A DNA stretch of 64,000 nucleotides from Octopus sinensis (GCF_006345805.1 NC_043001.1:25978001-26042000), one strand, 5' to 3'; numbered from the stretch's first letter, positions 1 through 13,209 are shown. Notes: generated by a model not told the origin, from the letters alone. Numbers and translations are program-made.

Positions 1-1423
1 TTTGTCTAGCATGCTAACAATTCTACCAGTTTGCCACCTTGAACCATAAGTACTATTATAATATTGGTTTCAAATTTTGGCACAAGGCCAGCAATTTTTT
101 TTGGTGGGGGGATATAAGTCAAGACCATTGACTCCAGTGTTCAACTGGTACTTATCGATCTGAAAGGATGAAGGCAAAGTCAATCTCAACAGAATTTGAA
201 CCCAGAATGTAAGGACAGGGTGAAATGCTGTTAAGCATTTTGCCTGGCATGCTAACAATTCTGCTAGCTTGTTGTCTTGAACTGTATATAATATTATAAT
301 ATTATTATATATAATATACAATATTACAATATAAACAATTGTGTCCTAAATTTTCTTTCGAATACATTTAATATCAATTCAGTAAGAGTTTAGCTAACTA
401 CTATTCAATCATTTTCAAAGTGCTGCAATCATATAGAGAGTGAACTTAGCACATAATTTAGGATTAATTTTCCATAAATCCTACACTTTAGTTTTAATAT
501 TGTTTCCAGAATTATAGCTGACATTGAAGAACACTGATTTCCTTGCATTTCTTTTGACTTTTCAATGAACCATCAACAACATAGTCTGATTTTAAACCAT
601 TATCTCCATCAGTTCGCAACAGCCAGAGTAGTAGATTATGAAAGGATGAAGGAAGTTAGAACATAAGTCAACTGGTTTTAATGATGATAAAATTAAACCT
701 GACAGCTTAATAGTTGCTCCTCTTTGATGAAAACTATTGTACATGAATGATTGAATCAAAAAGATTTGCTCAATGAACTCTTTTCCACTTGATTAAATGG
801 TTGTTGGTTATTGATGGTAACCTTTATACTTATCTTTATTATAACTTTTTAAAACCTGAATTTAATTCAATTTATATCTATATGTGTGTGTGTGTGCGTA
901 ACAGACACATTATGAAGTTCTTTAGAATGGTTGCATGGAATCAGTGGTTGACACTTTCATGTGGATAGCTGGTCTCAACAACAACAGTGAATATTATAAA
1001 TAGAGCTCATGGACTTTCGATGAGATTTTAAACCTGAATTTTGTAGGAGTGAGAGGTAAGCTAAAGATATTCAAATAACACCTATATATAGTATAGTATT
1101 CTGTGAAGGTAAGATCAACAAAAAAAGTACTGAAGATTGCATAAAGGCACCAGATGTTTTATAAAATGCTGTCTGTGTTTGTTTTCCTCACATGAAACTA
1201 TTATAGTTCATAAAAATATATATTATGTTCATTAAATAATACATATAAATATATAAGGTGACAAACAAAGGAAAAAATTCCTTCAAAGGGGTGTGTAAAA
1301 CATACAATTCACTGGTACGTTGGTTGAATACCACATAAATAATGGGTGTAATGCAAATCGCAAACAATGAATTAAATAGAGATACAAATGACAACCCAAT
1401 AATTTAATAATATTATAATATAA

Positions 1424-1540
1424 CATATTTTGTTGTGTCTGGAGGGAGTCATTCTTTTTTAGTGCCTTATTATTTAACACAGTGTGTTAAATAATAAGGC
1501 ACTAAAAGAGAATCACTCTCCCCAAATACAACAAAATATG
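1424..1540. repeat. 117-bp palindrome (foldback) centred at 1482
   Basis: Inner 25-bp arms are perfect (ttttagtgccttattatttaacaca / tgtgttaaataataaggcactaaaa); outer arms imperfect. Confidence 0.85.
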
Positions 1541-1711
1541 CTTCAACACACGAACTCACAAAAAGAATCTTACAAATCAAATCCAAAAACAAAATAATAT
1601 AACACAATATCATATTATATTCATAGTATATTATTTTATATTATAATATAAATAACTTATTGGATTGCTACCACAGTAAATAAGGTACTCAATACATAGC
1701 AGAGTAAATTA

Positions 1712-1843
1712 ATTTATTTTATAGAAGGAGCTTCTACAGGACTAGAACTGTTTCATTCAAATGAAATCATCAGGAAGCTTCCTGATGATTTCATTTGAAT
1801 GAAACAGTTCTAGTCCTGTAGAAGTTCCTTCTATAAAATAAAT
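1712..1843. repeat. 132-bp spacerless palindrome centred on AAGCTT, probably head-to-head Penelope-like LTR ends
   Basis: 66-bp arms with one mismatch; the left arm continues as element sequence to ~1650; contains CTGATGA...GAAA...GTC. Confidence 0.85.
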
Positions 1844-2407
1844 ATATATATATATACATATATATACATATCAAAGTAAATATATTTATATTTATATTCA
1901 TGTTTTTTAATAATTACTGGTATATAATTATCTTATATGCATAGAAAAATATGCTATATGTATGTATGTTATTATAATTATCAGTTTAATAAATAAATAA
2001 GTTAACATTTTTAATGTCCTAAAGTTGATGAACCAACTATTGTTCTCCTCCATTTTCTTATTTGCAATATATATATATATATATGATATATATATATATA
2101 TATATATATTATTTGCAATATATATATAAGGTATTAACTGGTGTTGTTCAAACGATGAATAGCTTTGCGTAAACCATTGGTTCGTTTTGTTCTCTTACTT
2201 TATTATCATCTTATAATCATCTCATAATAATGACTTTTATGACTCGTATTACTAATTCAGTCAATCTAAATGTAGATATTTGTCGTTACCTGTCATAAAT
2301 AGCCTTTTTCTATTTGCAATATGCATTTTCGTTGATTTTTCATATTTTACCCTTACATTTCCACGTGTATTTTATATTTTCTTTTCGTAACATATTTCTA
2401 ATTTCTA

Positions 2408-2493
<86 letters not shown>

Positions 2494-2976
2494 TTATATA
2501 TATATATATTGTTTTGTCCACATTTTGCGTCAATTTTCTGTCTTTTATTCACAATGTGCTTTGGACTTCAAACATAGACAGAAAATCTTCACTGTTGCTG
2601 AACTTGGAGAGGAAAATAGCAATGTTGATTTGGTGAGATTTGAAATCAAAAAGTAAAGAATAGCATCTGCTGTTTAAAATTGATAAAGAATGAATGTATT
2701 TCTCTCCTTCTTTGAAGAAGCAAGAAAAGCGGAGGAGGAATAGTGAAGGGGGGTGGAGGAAGAGGGGGCATGGAGGGAGAGAAGAAAAAACAACTAGGGA
2801 GCTGAATAACAAAAAACAGCAGTAAAAGAAGGAAAAGAACATGGAAGACAACAAAGAAAATGACGACAACATTATGTTATATTTCTCCTGATTGATTAAA
2901 GTTTCCTCTGTTACATGAAACCAAGAAATCAATCTCAAGTGTATCCCTTTAGGGTAACATAGTAACTGGTACTCAC

Positions 2977-3100
2977 CTTTCCAATCATTTACCTCCAGCT
3001 GTTGTTTTTCCCAGAATTCTTGCTCAGATATTGGCAAACGTCGAAGTACATGGTATGGATAGAATTCTTTTAACATTGTTGCAGCTTGGATAATGGCTTT
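2977..3100 (-). CDS. Coding exon (124 nt, phase 0-1): KAIIQAATMLKEFYPYHVLRRLPISEQEFWEKQQLEVNDWK
   Basis: Acceptor ctgtttCAG, donor AAG|GTGAGT; only one frame is open; corresponds to the N-terminal part of track ORF 2549-3076. Confidence 0.85.
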
Positions 3101-3176
3101 CTGAAACAGAGTATGTGTGTATATATGTATGAGTGTGTGTATATATATATATCTTTATTTATATACATATATATAA

Positions 3177-3208
<32 letters not shown>

Positions 3209-3209
3209 A

Positions 3210-3254
<45 letters not shown>

Positions 3255-4167
3255 TGATCCTTATATATATATATATTCATATATATATATGTGTATGTGT
3301 GAGAAAACATGAAAAGGCTCAACAGACACTTGTAGTGATGCAGGGATATGTGAAAACTCTGATATATGGATTCAGCATAAATTTACTGGTAGTTACTAAA
3401 TATATCATCTGTGTGTGTGTATATGTGTGTTTTTATATGCGTGTGTTAGATGGTTCTCTTGCTCACTTAATCATATTTTCATTGGGATTTTTTCTTTTGC
3501 ACCTTTCTTCACATCAATTACAGAGACTTTTGATTTCTTTTTTCCTTTTCAGAATAATCAACAAATCTTACACTATTATTTAAGATGCAACAAAAATATC
3601 TTCTTTATGGTTGAATATCACTTAAACTCTTTATTCTGAACAGTTACCAATCCTCTTAGAAAGTCCAGGTCTGATTCACCTAGGTAGAATGATCATATTT
3701 CAAGGATGGTGCAGTTCATAAATATACATTCTTGACCACATCAAAATGAGATCTTCCAGTTGATTAACAAGGTTTATTTAACAAATGTTACAACCACTGG
3801 CCTACAGGTGTACTATTTCTTCTATTCCCACTTCCCTGAATTAGCAAGTTTATACTGTTTTAGCCCAAGACCACCTGGTGGACTTGTTTCTCTTCCTTTT
3901 GTTAGCCACAGTCTTTCCTTCTGCTTGTGTCCACTCACTACAGTCCTCACCCTTCCTGCTCCAACTGTCCTTTCAGAGTCTTGCGAATTTACCCACCCAC
4001 TCACCTTATCCATTCCTAGGTTTGATGTCGTTTGGAACTTGAAGAAACCTTCCTATAAATCGTCATCATCTCTCTCTCTCTCTCCCTCCATCTGAGATAC
4101 CTACATATCTTCTCTACTGCAAGGTACCTATTCCAATCTCTCTATACATACTCTAACCTCTCATCAT

Positions 4168-4399
4168 CTATTTCTTTATTACCCACAAGGGGCCAAACAT
4201 AGAGGAGACAAACAAGGACAGACATAGGTATTAAGTTGATTACATCGACCCCAGTGCGTAACTGGTATTTAATTTATTGACCCTGAAAGGATGAAAAGCA
4301 AAGTCAACCTCAGCGGAATTTGAACTCAGAACGTAACAGCAGATGAAATATGGCTACGCTTTTCGCCCAGCGTGCTAACGATTCTGCCAGCTCGCTGCC
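4168..4399 (-). mobile_element. tRNA-derived SINE, family B (Octopus OR-like)
   Basis: Matches copies at 15143-15360, 15522-15951 (-), 18677-18906 (+), 42553-42775 and 42957-43336 (+); B-box-like GTTCAAATTCC. Confidence 0.8.
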
Positions 4400-4444
4400 T
4401 TATCACCTGACATCACCTGAAACATAGCAGCCTCCCCTAATACT

Positions 4445-4651
4445 ACTCCCCTCAGTTATTAAGTGATCTCACTGGTACTGGGGCTACACAAAAAGCACCC
4501 ATTACCATTACACTTTGTAAAGTTGTAGGTGTTAGGAAGGGCATCTGGCCATAGAAACCAAGACAAAGCAGATAGAGCTTGAGGCAATCTTTTGACTTGT
4601 CAGCTCTTATCAAACCATCCAACCCATAGCAGCATAGAAAATGGACATTAA

Positions 4652-4690
<39 letters not shown>
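4445..4690 (+). mobile_element. RTE-associated 3'-end element with (ATG)n tail
   Basis: Motif ggaagggcatc(c/t)(a/g)gc...catgga aa..gacattaaatgatgatg. Related copies near 8035-8330, 18480-18672, 26200-26420, 28545-28830, 29870-30100, 39355-39590, 43935-44280, 48370-48560. Confidence 0.7.
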
Positions 4691-5677
4691 TCGTCATCGT
4701 CTTTCATTCATAAACTAAACATTTTGTCTGATATTTCCTTATCCAACTCCCCTGCTCAATCTCAACAAATTTTCCTCACAGTTGCCACTCAGCACAAATT
4801 CAAGCTGAACACCATCTGCCTCAATCTTATTAGTCTGGGAAGAACTCAACTTTAGAATAAACAAATAAAGATTACTAGAAGACTTTTCAAGTAGTTGCTA
4901 ATCATCTTAATCTTGCTCAGATTAACATGCTCACCAACACTAATATGCTACTGATTGAGATTACACATAGGTTGCTACAACCATACAAGTAAGTGTTGTT
5001 TGCAATTTCCTGTGAAACCATGACTAGCCATTGTACTGTTTGTGTTCAAACAACCAAGAGAATAATTACTGCAGCTGAAAACAAGTGATGCTTAGTGACA
5101 GGAAGGGCATCAGGCTATACAAAACCTACCTCAATGAATTTTATCTGATCCATGTTAGCATGGAAAGCTGAATGTTAAAATTATGGTGATGCTAATATAT
5201 ACACAGGCTATTTAGTGAAACTTGTACCAGAGCCAACCTTGCATTGGAAAGAAAATTGGATGCGTTTTCTTCTAACTCGTATTATCATAATTGATTTATT
5301 TAGTCCTGCAAGTTTTGTGACAATGTGTTTATGAAGATTTACTATTATTGACTAGCCAAAGAGGTGAAGGACATTTGTATTTTTATCACATACATTTTTT
5401 TCTTGCTAATTAACAAGTGTGAAGAGATATGTTGCAAGTCCTGCTACAATTTCAAAAATATTCAGCCAAAAAATATTCTAGTGTAGGAAGAAGTAGGACA
5501 AAAGGATAAAATATTTAATAAGGATAAAATATTTAATATAGGGCCTGTAAAATAAGATAGAATGAATTTGAAGAGAGGACAAGAGATACATGTATAGAAT
5601 AAGTTTGAAATGAGCACATTCTATTATATTTGAAAGGGAGTAATACAAAACAGATACAATGAACAATTTACTTTTTT

Positions 5678-6050
5678 ACTCTTTTATTTGTTTCAGTCAT
5701 TTGACTGCAGCCATGCTGGAGCACCGCCTTTAGTCGAGCAAAACGACTCCAGAACTTATTCTTTGTAAGCCTAGTACTTATTCTATCGGTCTGTTTTGCC
5801 GAACCGCTAAGTTATGGGAACATAAACACACCACCATTGGTTGTCAAACAATGTTGGGGGACAAACACAGACATACACATACATATATACGACGGGCTTC
5901 TTTCAGTTTCCGTCTACCGAATCCACTCATAAGGCTTTGGTCGGCCCAAGGCTATAGTAGAAGACACTTGCCCAAAGTGCCATGCAGTGGGAATGAACCC
6001 AGAATCATGTGGTTGGTAAGCAAGCTACTTACCACACACTCCTGTGCCTA
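5678..6050 (-). mobile_element. tRNA-derived SINE, family A (Octopus OK-like), full length
   Basis: tRNA-like head with A/B boxes on the minus strand, internal (CA/TA)n, tail ...gactgaaacaa(a/g)taaaag; multiple near-identical copies in the window. Confidence 0.85.
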
Positions 6051-7344
6051 TAATTATTTATAATTATTAGTGGTTATGGTTAGTCCACATTGCTCCATAA
6101 GGAGCATAGGGTCAGTTTCCTGGTTTCTCTGATATATATATTGCTCCCTGGATGGGATGCCGGTCTGTTGCAGGATTACTCATTTCTACCAGCTGAGTGG
6201 ACTGGAGCAACATTAAATGAAGTATTTTGCTCAAGGACATACTGCATTACCAGGTCCAGGAATTGAATCCACAATCTTACAATCATGATCCCAACACCCT
6301 AACCACTACATCATGTGCCTCCACTGAGTATTAGTAAGATAGAGTTTCTAAAAACAAATTTTGTTAGATATATGTTTCTTATAAAACATTTGTTTTATTA
6401 AGAGATACAATAATGGTTTTGTATTTCTCAAATTGGCTGGTTGAGACGGTTGGATGGTGGACAATGTACCCTTAAATTCTCACCATATTTCAACGGGTAA
6501 AAGAAAATTGTATTTTAACATTGCAGAGGCTCAAGCTGAACTGAAATAAAACAGTCTAGAGATAATTAATATATAATGATATAACGTACTATAATAATAG
6601 TTTCAAATTCTGGCACAAGACCAGCAATTTCGTGGGAGGGAGTAAGTCAGTTACATTGATCCCAGTGTTCAACTGGTATTTATTTTATCGGCCCCGAAAG
6701 GATGAAAGGCAAAGTTGACCTCGGCGGAATTTGAACTCAGAATGTAATGACAGACAAAATGCTGCTAAGCATTTTGCCTGGTGTGCTAATAACATAATAT
6801 AATAATGAGCTTATTGTATACAGTGTTCAGAAGCATTACAACTTGTCAGAAAATCTCGAAAGAGAGGAAGAAATCAGACATATAAGTCAAGTATGTCAGT
6901 GTTAGGAATATAGTTCAAACAAATCCAAACATCCAGTCTTTCATGACACCACAGAGCTATTTCAATATACAGGCAGTTATAAATGTGCTACTCTAGTTAT
7001 GAGATGAGGAAACCAAGCAATTTTAGATGCAATAAAATAAAATATTTATTGCAACATGAATTTATTCAAATTCTTTATTTGAAAAGTATTTATCAATTTA
7101 TTGATATTTGTAGTTAAAAATAATACTAAAATCCTTTTATGTGTTTGCAATAATTCTATCAATATAGTATTATGTAATGCAGTAGAATGTAGCTTTATAA
7201 TGTAAATGTGAAAGTAGATAAGATATTGAAATGGCAAGCAGTTCAAATTTGCTATATGACTTTGAGTAGGACACTTCTACATTTCCCTAAAGATTATGCC
7301 CCGAAGAATAAATAAAATAATATCCAACACAAGGGACAACCTAT

Positions 7345-7925
7345 AGATTCTTATCCTTAACTATCTTATCCACCTTATCTAGGGTTTCATCACTACTGAA
7401 GGAGGAATCCCACCTTGGACTCCTTCCACTGCCGTCTATCTCTTGCCAGTTGTGGCCATGTAGGACCCAGCTAGTAGGAGGTGAGATCATTTCACCATCT
7501 AGTCTTTGGTTGGCCTTTTGGTCTTGTCCATTGCTTTGGTGTCCACTCCATCACCCTGGTTGTCTATTTGCTGTCCTTCAGTCGCATGATGTGGTTAGCC
7601 CATCTATATTTGTTCTCCTTGATGTTCTTATGATGTCATTGACTCTTGAATCCAGGTATTGGTTTTCTGTCCTCCAAGCATGATTTGTTCCATTTTCCAG
7701 TGGGTTACAATGAGGGCGTTCCTGATGGTAGTGTTGAGAGCCCATGTTTCACAGCAGTATGTCATTACTGACAGGATGTACACATTGAAGATCTTTCTTC
7801 AATTTTCATGAAAGTCTTGGGATCTCATGAGGTTTTCCACTTTCCTAAAGGTGCTGGTGGCAGAAGCAGCTGAATGTTGGCCACATGTCTTGTAGCCGTT
7901 AATTATGTTTCTTTACATTTTGAGT
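7345..7925 (-). mobile_element. Decayed RTE (BovB-like) LINE, RT C-terminal fragment
   Basis: Minus-strand translation includes KIFNVYILSVMTYCCETW, resembling the RTE 'VLTYGCETW' motif; stops and frameshifts present. Confidence 0.7.
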
Positions 7926-9564
7926 CCAAATCCTGCCATAAATTATGCACTTCCTCTAAAAATGTTTGGCTTTGTGCCTGATAGAAAAATTACAGCATTG
8001 GACCACTAGCTATAGCTAGTTTGGGCAAGTACTTGGTGATCCTGTCAGTGCAAGTGCCACTTAAAAGCACCCAGTCCACACTGTAAAGCGGTTGGTGTTC
8101 AGAAGGGTATCCAGCTGTAAAAATCTTCCCAAAACTGACCTCGCCTGTGTTTGTGCCACGTAAAAAGCACTAAGTCCATTCTGCTGAGTGGTTGGTGTTA
8201 GGAAGGGCATCCAGCTGTAAAAATCCTGCCAAAACAGTCACAATAGTCTAGTGCAGGATTTGGCTTGGCCAGCTCTCATAGTACCGTCCCACCCATGGGA
8301 TATTAAACAATGATGACGATGATGATGGACAAAATACTTTATGCTATTTAATTGTGTCACTTCAGCTTCTGATTTCAACTTTATTTTTTATCTTTTGGTG
8401 TTGATAAAACAAGTACTGGTTAAGTAAATTTAAATGACTATATCTCTCCTTCAATTTTTGTGACCTTGCACCTATATTGGAAATCAATATTATTTACACA
8501 CAATACTAATTAAAGGCATTTAGTTATAGTTGATGAACTGCTTGCAGTAAATTACAAGTACATGTTATAAATGTAGGACGGAGTGGTTGCAGAAAGGCAA
8601 ATTTAACTAACAAAGTAGTTAACACTTTAAATAGCGATCTCCTAAATTAAATACAATGAAGTACTCAGTTTGGCATTTTAACTGATTGAATAATTTCCAT
8701 CCACTTACCCTTTAAGCCATGTGCTTGCAAATTAATGAAATGAATGTGTGCACAAGAGGTTAGTTGCCTAAAATGAAGTATTAATTAATACTTATATCTA
8801 TCATACATTAAGTGCATTATACTTATACATTAATTATACACTTTGTGACAGGGAAAGTTTTGAATCACTTCAGATTGTACCCACTGAGAGAACATTATCT
8901 CCAGCCATATTTAATTTCCCATCTGTGGTTTAATTTCTGATACGTAACAAAGTAAAGGGAGCTGTTTTATTGAAATGGAACAGGAAAAGAAGAAAAGAAA
9001 AAAAAAAAGAAAAAAAAAACAATCATAATTTTGTAGTTTTAATTAATAAGAATTATTCATCATCATTCAATGTGGCTGAATAACCAATCCCAACCAGTTG
9101 GTGTTCACAGTACGGGTTGCAATATTCATCTTTGCAATTGCTGAATACAAAACCTGGCTCGCAAGACCTCCATTCAGGTGATTTTCCTGAGTCACCATCT
9201 CACTCTTGTATGCCAGGCTGTCACAAGGTTATCCAGTTACAGCTGAGTGGCTCTGGTACAATGTGAAATGAAGGATTATAAAATTATGATTGCTTGTAAT
9301 ATTAACATTTTGGTTGTTGTCGCTGTTGTTATTTAGTCCAAAGTCAAAACCCTGATCAAGTATCACTTTGATAAAAAAAAATGTTTTAAGCAAAACCATC
9401 CATTTTTTTTTTTTTGTATACTGAAAACTAATTATCTAATGTATCCTTTTTTCAAAGACAAATAAGGTGCTATTTGAGGGAGATTTAGCTGCTTTTTCTT
9501 CCTGAAGTGGCTCTGTTATTGTAAGTAAGTAGTATCAGTGGTAAAATTTTATAATATAACTTAC

Positions 9565-9640
9565 TTTTAGAGAAGCTTCTGGAAGCTTGATGCGTCTCTG
9601 CAGATCGGGATACAGCCCAGTACTCAACCGTCTCTTCCTC
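9565..9640 (-). CDS. Coding exon (76 nt, phase 2-0): RKRRLSTGLYPDLQRRIKLPEASLK
   Basis: Acceptor ttcatcttcTAG, donor AAA|GTAAGT; GC/CpG-richer than the flanks; ends in phase 0, matching the next exon. Confidence 0.8.
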
Positions 9641-9890
9641 CTAGAAGATGAAAAATAATAAAAAAGTGATTAAAAAAAAATATGATCTATAACAATAATT
9701 AAAAAAATAATAGAATGAATAACATTCTTGAAGCATTCTTTAAATGCTGAAATTATTAATAACTGAGTTCTAAAATAAACAACTTGGAAAATGTATTAGT
9801 CATTTCATTGATTAGACTGATCCATTCTTCAAAGAAAACCACAGCTGAATTGTCTGGTGCAGTATTTTGTCTGTGACAAAGTAGCCTTGC

Positions 9891-10066
9891 TGTAAACAAG
9901 TATCATGTGGATCATGTGGATAATACCACAATTTAACTGTAAACAGCCACCATGTGGAGAACAGAACAATTTACTTGTAAACAACTACCATATGGATCAT
10001 GTGAATAACATCGCAATTTAGCCGTAAACATGTACAATATGGAGAACAGCACCATGCTGTTAACAG
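9891..10066. repeat. Degenerate tandem repeat with alternating 47/38-bp units
   Basis: Units start at 9891, 9938, 9976 and 10023, each with (T/C)GTAAACA followed by CAT(G/A)TGGA or AATATGGA. Confidence 0.7.
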
Positions 10067-10150
10067 TGGTGTAATTTATGTATTTTCTGTTACCGTGGAA
10101 TAATGACAAGAAGATGGGTACCATTGGTAGTATTATTATCTAAGACTTAC

Positions 10151-10177
10151 CAGAAATGGTCCTCCAAGAATTTCACT
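10151..10177 (-). CDS. Microexon (27 nt, phase 2-2): VKFLEDHF(W)
   Basis: Upstream T/C-rich tract, acaCAG acceptor, donor CTG|GTAAGT; in frame with the flanking exons. Confidence 0.65.
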
Positions 10178-10811
10178 CTGTGTTATGTAAACATGACATT
10201 ACAACATTAAAGAAAAGAAAGAACCCAAAACAAAACAAAATCATATTATGGAAAGCAGAGTAAGAAACATTGTTAATCTAGAAAAAAATATCTAGTTTTA
10301 TTTCTGTATTCTAAGCAAGAGCTTATATAACTAAAATCAAAATACATGCAGCTTTTAAGCAAGTGAAGACTATATTTGAAGCACATATGCCATATGTTTC
10401 TTCTTAATTTTTCTGAAATGACAAAAGAATTACTTCCTTGAAGAATGAAGTGATTTATCTTTCAAATTGTATCCATAAAATCTAATTCTAAAACTTCCAT
10501 TCTAGGAACCAACATATTTCTGTTTCTCTTCTACTCTTTGATAAATTTTAAAGAACATTATGAACTTAATAAAGATTTGATTACAAGAAAGACTTACATA
10601 ACATACAGAAACTACCTAAGAAAGGATATATTTTTTAAATTTAAAATAACAAGCTGCTGAAACTAGTAAACATGTCACCCAGACAAACACTCATGCATAG
10701 GAATATTATTTTTCATCTAGATATAAATATGATCTGGATGGTTGCAAGTATAATCAAAAGTAGAAAGACGGCTGGATTATGAATGCTAGTTACTCGGACA
10801 CTTAAGCTATA

Positions 10812-11241
10812 CTCTTTTACTTGTTTCAGGCATTTGACTGCAGCCATGCTGGAGCACCGCCTTTAGTTGAGCAAATCGACCCCTGGACTTTTTCTTTTGT
10901 AAGCCTAGTACTTATTCTATCGGTATCTTTTGCCGAACCACTAAGTTACGGGGACCTAAACACACCAGCATCGGTTGTCAAGCGATGTTGGGAGGACAAA
11001 TACAGACATACAAACATATACACACACACACATAAATATATATATATATAATATATATATATATATACATATATACAATGGGCTTCTTTCAGTTTCCATC
11101 TACCAAATCCACTCACAAGGCTTCGGTTGGCCTGAGGCTATATTAGAAGACACTTGCCCAAGGTGCCATGCAGTAGGACTGAACCCAGAATCATGTGGTT
11201 GGTAAGCAAGCTACTTACTGCACAGCCACTCCTGCACCTAT
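10812..11241 (-). mobile_element. SINE family A, full length
   Basis: Colinear with the 5678-6050 copy. Confidence 0.85.
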
Positions 11242-11652
11242 ATGGTAAAGTAGATTATGCACTAGTCACTTGCTTAGTCAATAAGAAAGGTATACTAGCC
11301 AATAACTGACATAACAATATCATCATTAACTATTACAAGAACAAAGAAGATGCTTTTGTAACTTTAGAAATATTAAATTGATGGACTAAGTTATGAAAGT
11401 TACTGAAAGAGTTAATGCACAACTGACTAGGAAGAGAATTAGCCAAAATGAAATGCAGTTTGAGTTAATGCCAGGATAAGATACCATCACTGTCATCTTT
11501 CTAGTAAGACAACAAGAGAAATACTTAGCTAGACGCAAACCTCCTATTTAGCTTTTGTCAACTCAGAGAAGGACTTTGACAGGGTTCCATGCTCTATAGT
11601 TTAATCCCTAGAAATCTAAGAATGGCTTATGAGAATCAGACAAGCTATGTGC

Positions 11653-11863
11653 TGTTGTTGTTGTTAAGCAACAAGATGAATAAGGGTGATTAGGTGATGG
11701 TCTAGGGCTTAAGGGAGGAAGACCCCAGACCTTGGAAAAAAACCCAAAAAACTTTGGTCGTCTTGTTGTAGTCGAGGGCTCTTTGTGGACGCCCGACACC
11801 ATTGGGAGGTGGCCCTCGAAGTCGCTGGAAATGGAGATCTCCAGGTTCAAATTCTTGAACGGC
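11653..11863 (-). mobile_element. Young 5'-truncated non-LTR retroelement fragment with (ACA)n tail and 12-bp TSD
   Basis: CAAGCTATGTGC at 11641-11652 and 11864-11875; tgttgttgttgt tail at the left end; GC-rich insert splits the host RTE frame. Confidence 0.8.
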
Positions 11864-13054
11864 CAAGCTATGTGCAGAGACACTGCCAACAAAGTGAAAG
11901 TTAATAATTCCAGCAATAACTTGGTATGTAGGCTAGTATACACCAGAGTTCAGATCTCAGCACTTCTGTTTATTATAATCTAATAGAAGCGTTTAAACCA
12001 GTTGTTTGTAGGTGTCCCTATGTATCCTAATTCAGCTTTGTGATCATGTTCACATACCTGACAGGAAAGACATCAGAAATTTACTGCTATCGTAAAAGTG
12101 GCTATGTTAGTATGCAAAAAATGAATAGGCAGGAATTCTATATGGTTTACCTATTCTTTTCTTTTTTTACTTGTTTCAGTCATGTGACTGTGGCCATGCT
12201 GGAGCACCGCCTTTAGTTGAGCAAATCGACCCCAGAGCTTATTCTGTGTAAGCCTAGTACTTATTCCATCGGTCTCTTTGCTGAACCACTAAGTTACGAG
12301 GATGCAAACACACCACCATCGGTTGTCAAGCAATGGTGGGGGAGGGGGGGACAAACATGGACACACAAATGTAAACAAGTGGGGTCACAGGTGGGCTGAC
12401 AAGGCAGGTAGACATCATATGTGGTAGATGTACAAGAGTAGTTAGTAATAAGGGTAAAAGTGAACTAAATCCCTTCAAATGTTCAGAAGATTCCCTAGAA
12501 GTAGTTGATAGATTTTGTTCCCTAGGTAGTCTAATTAGCAGTGGAGGTGAGTATTTCAAAAGCATTGTTATTAGAATAAGAATAGGATGGGGGAAGTTCA
12601 GGAAGCTATAACCTATGTAGGTTTCAAAAGGGTTTCTCTCTCAGTACCATGGAAACATTGTACCTTTTTTTCTGTATGAAGTGTAATGTTACATGGTAGT
12701 GAGAGAGGGGCCTTGAATTTATGAAGGCCCATATCTCATAGAGAATTTATGAAGACTGGAAAGTGATGTAAGAAACATGCTCCATTGGATGTGTAATGTT
12801 AGTGTGCATGAAGTGTGGAGCACAAATATGGAGAGAGAAAAACTAAATAGAAGAGGAATTAAGTAGTAGTGGTAGATTGTCAGTGAGTTTCAATGATGAG
12901 CATTCAACCTATTTGACCAGCTGAATTCCTAAATGTGACTTGAGTGGCTGAGTATTCCATAGACACACCATGTTCAATGCAAGTCTCTGACTGAATCAGG
13001 TATGACACAATGTGACAAAGTTACAACTTCGAATAAATGAATGAATGAATGAAT

Positions 13055-13209
<155 letters not shown>

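Noticed and set aside
2314-3639. ORFs rich in IY/YI/CV
   Set aside because: Translations of (TA)n/(TG)n microsatellites. Only 2977-3100 of ORF 2549-3076 is exon; the rest reads through the donor into the intron.
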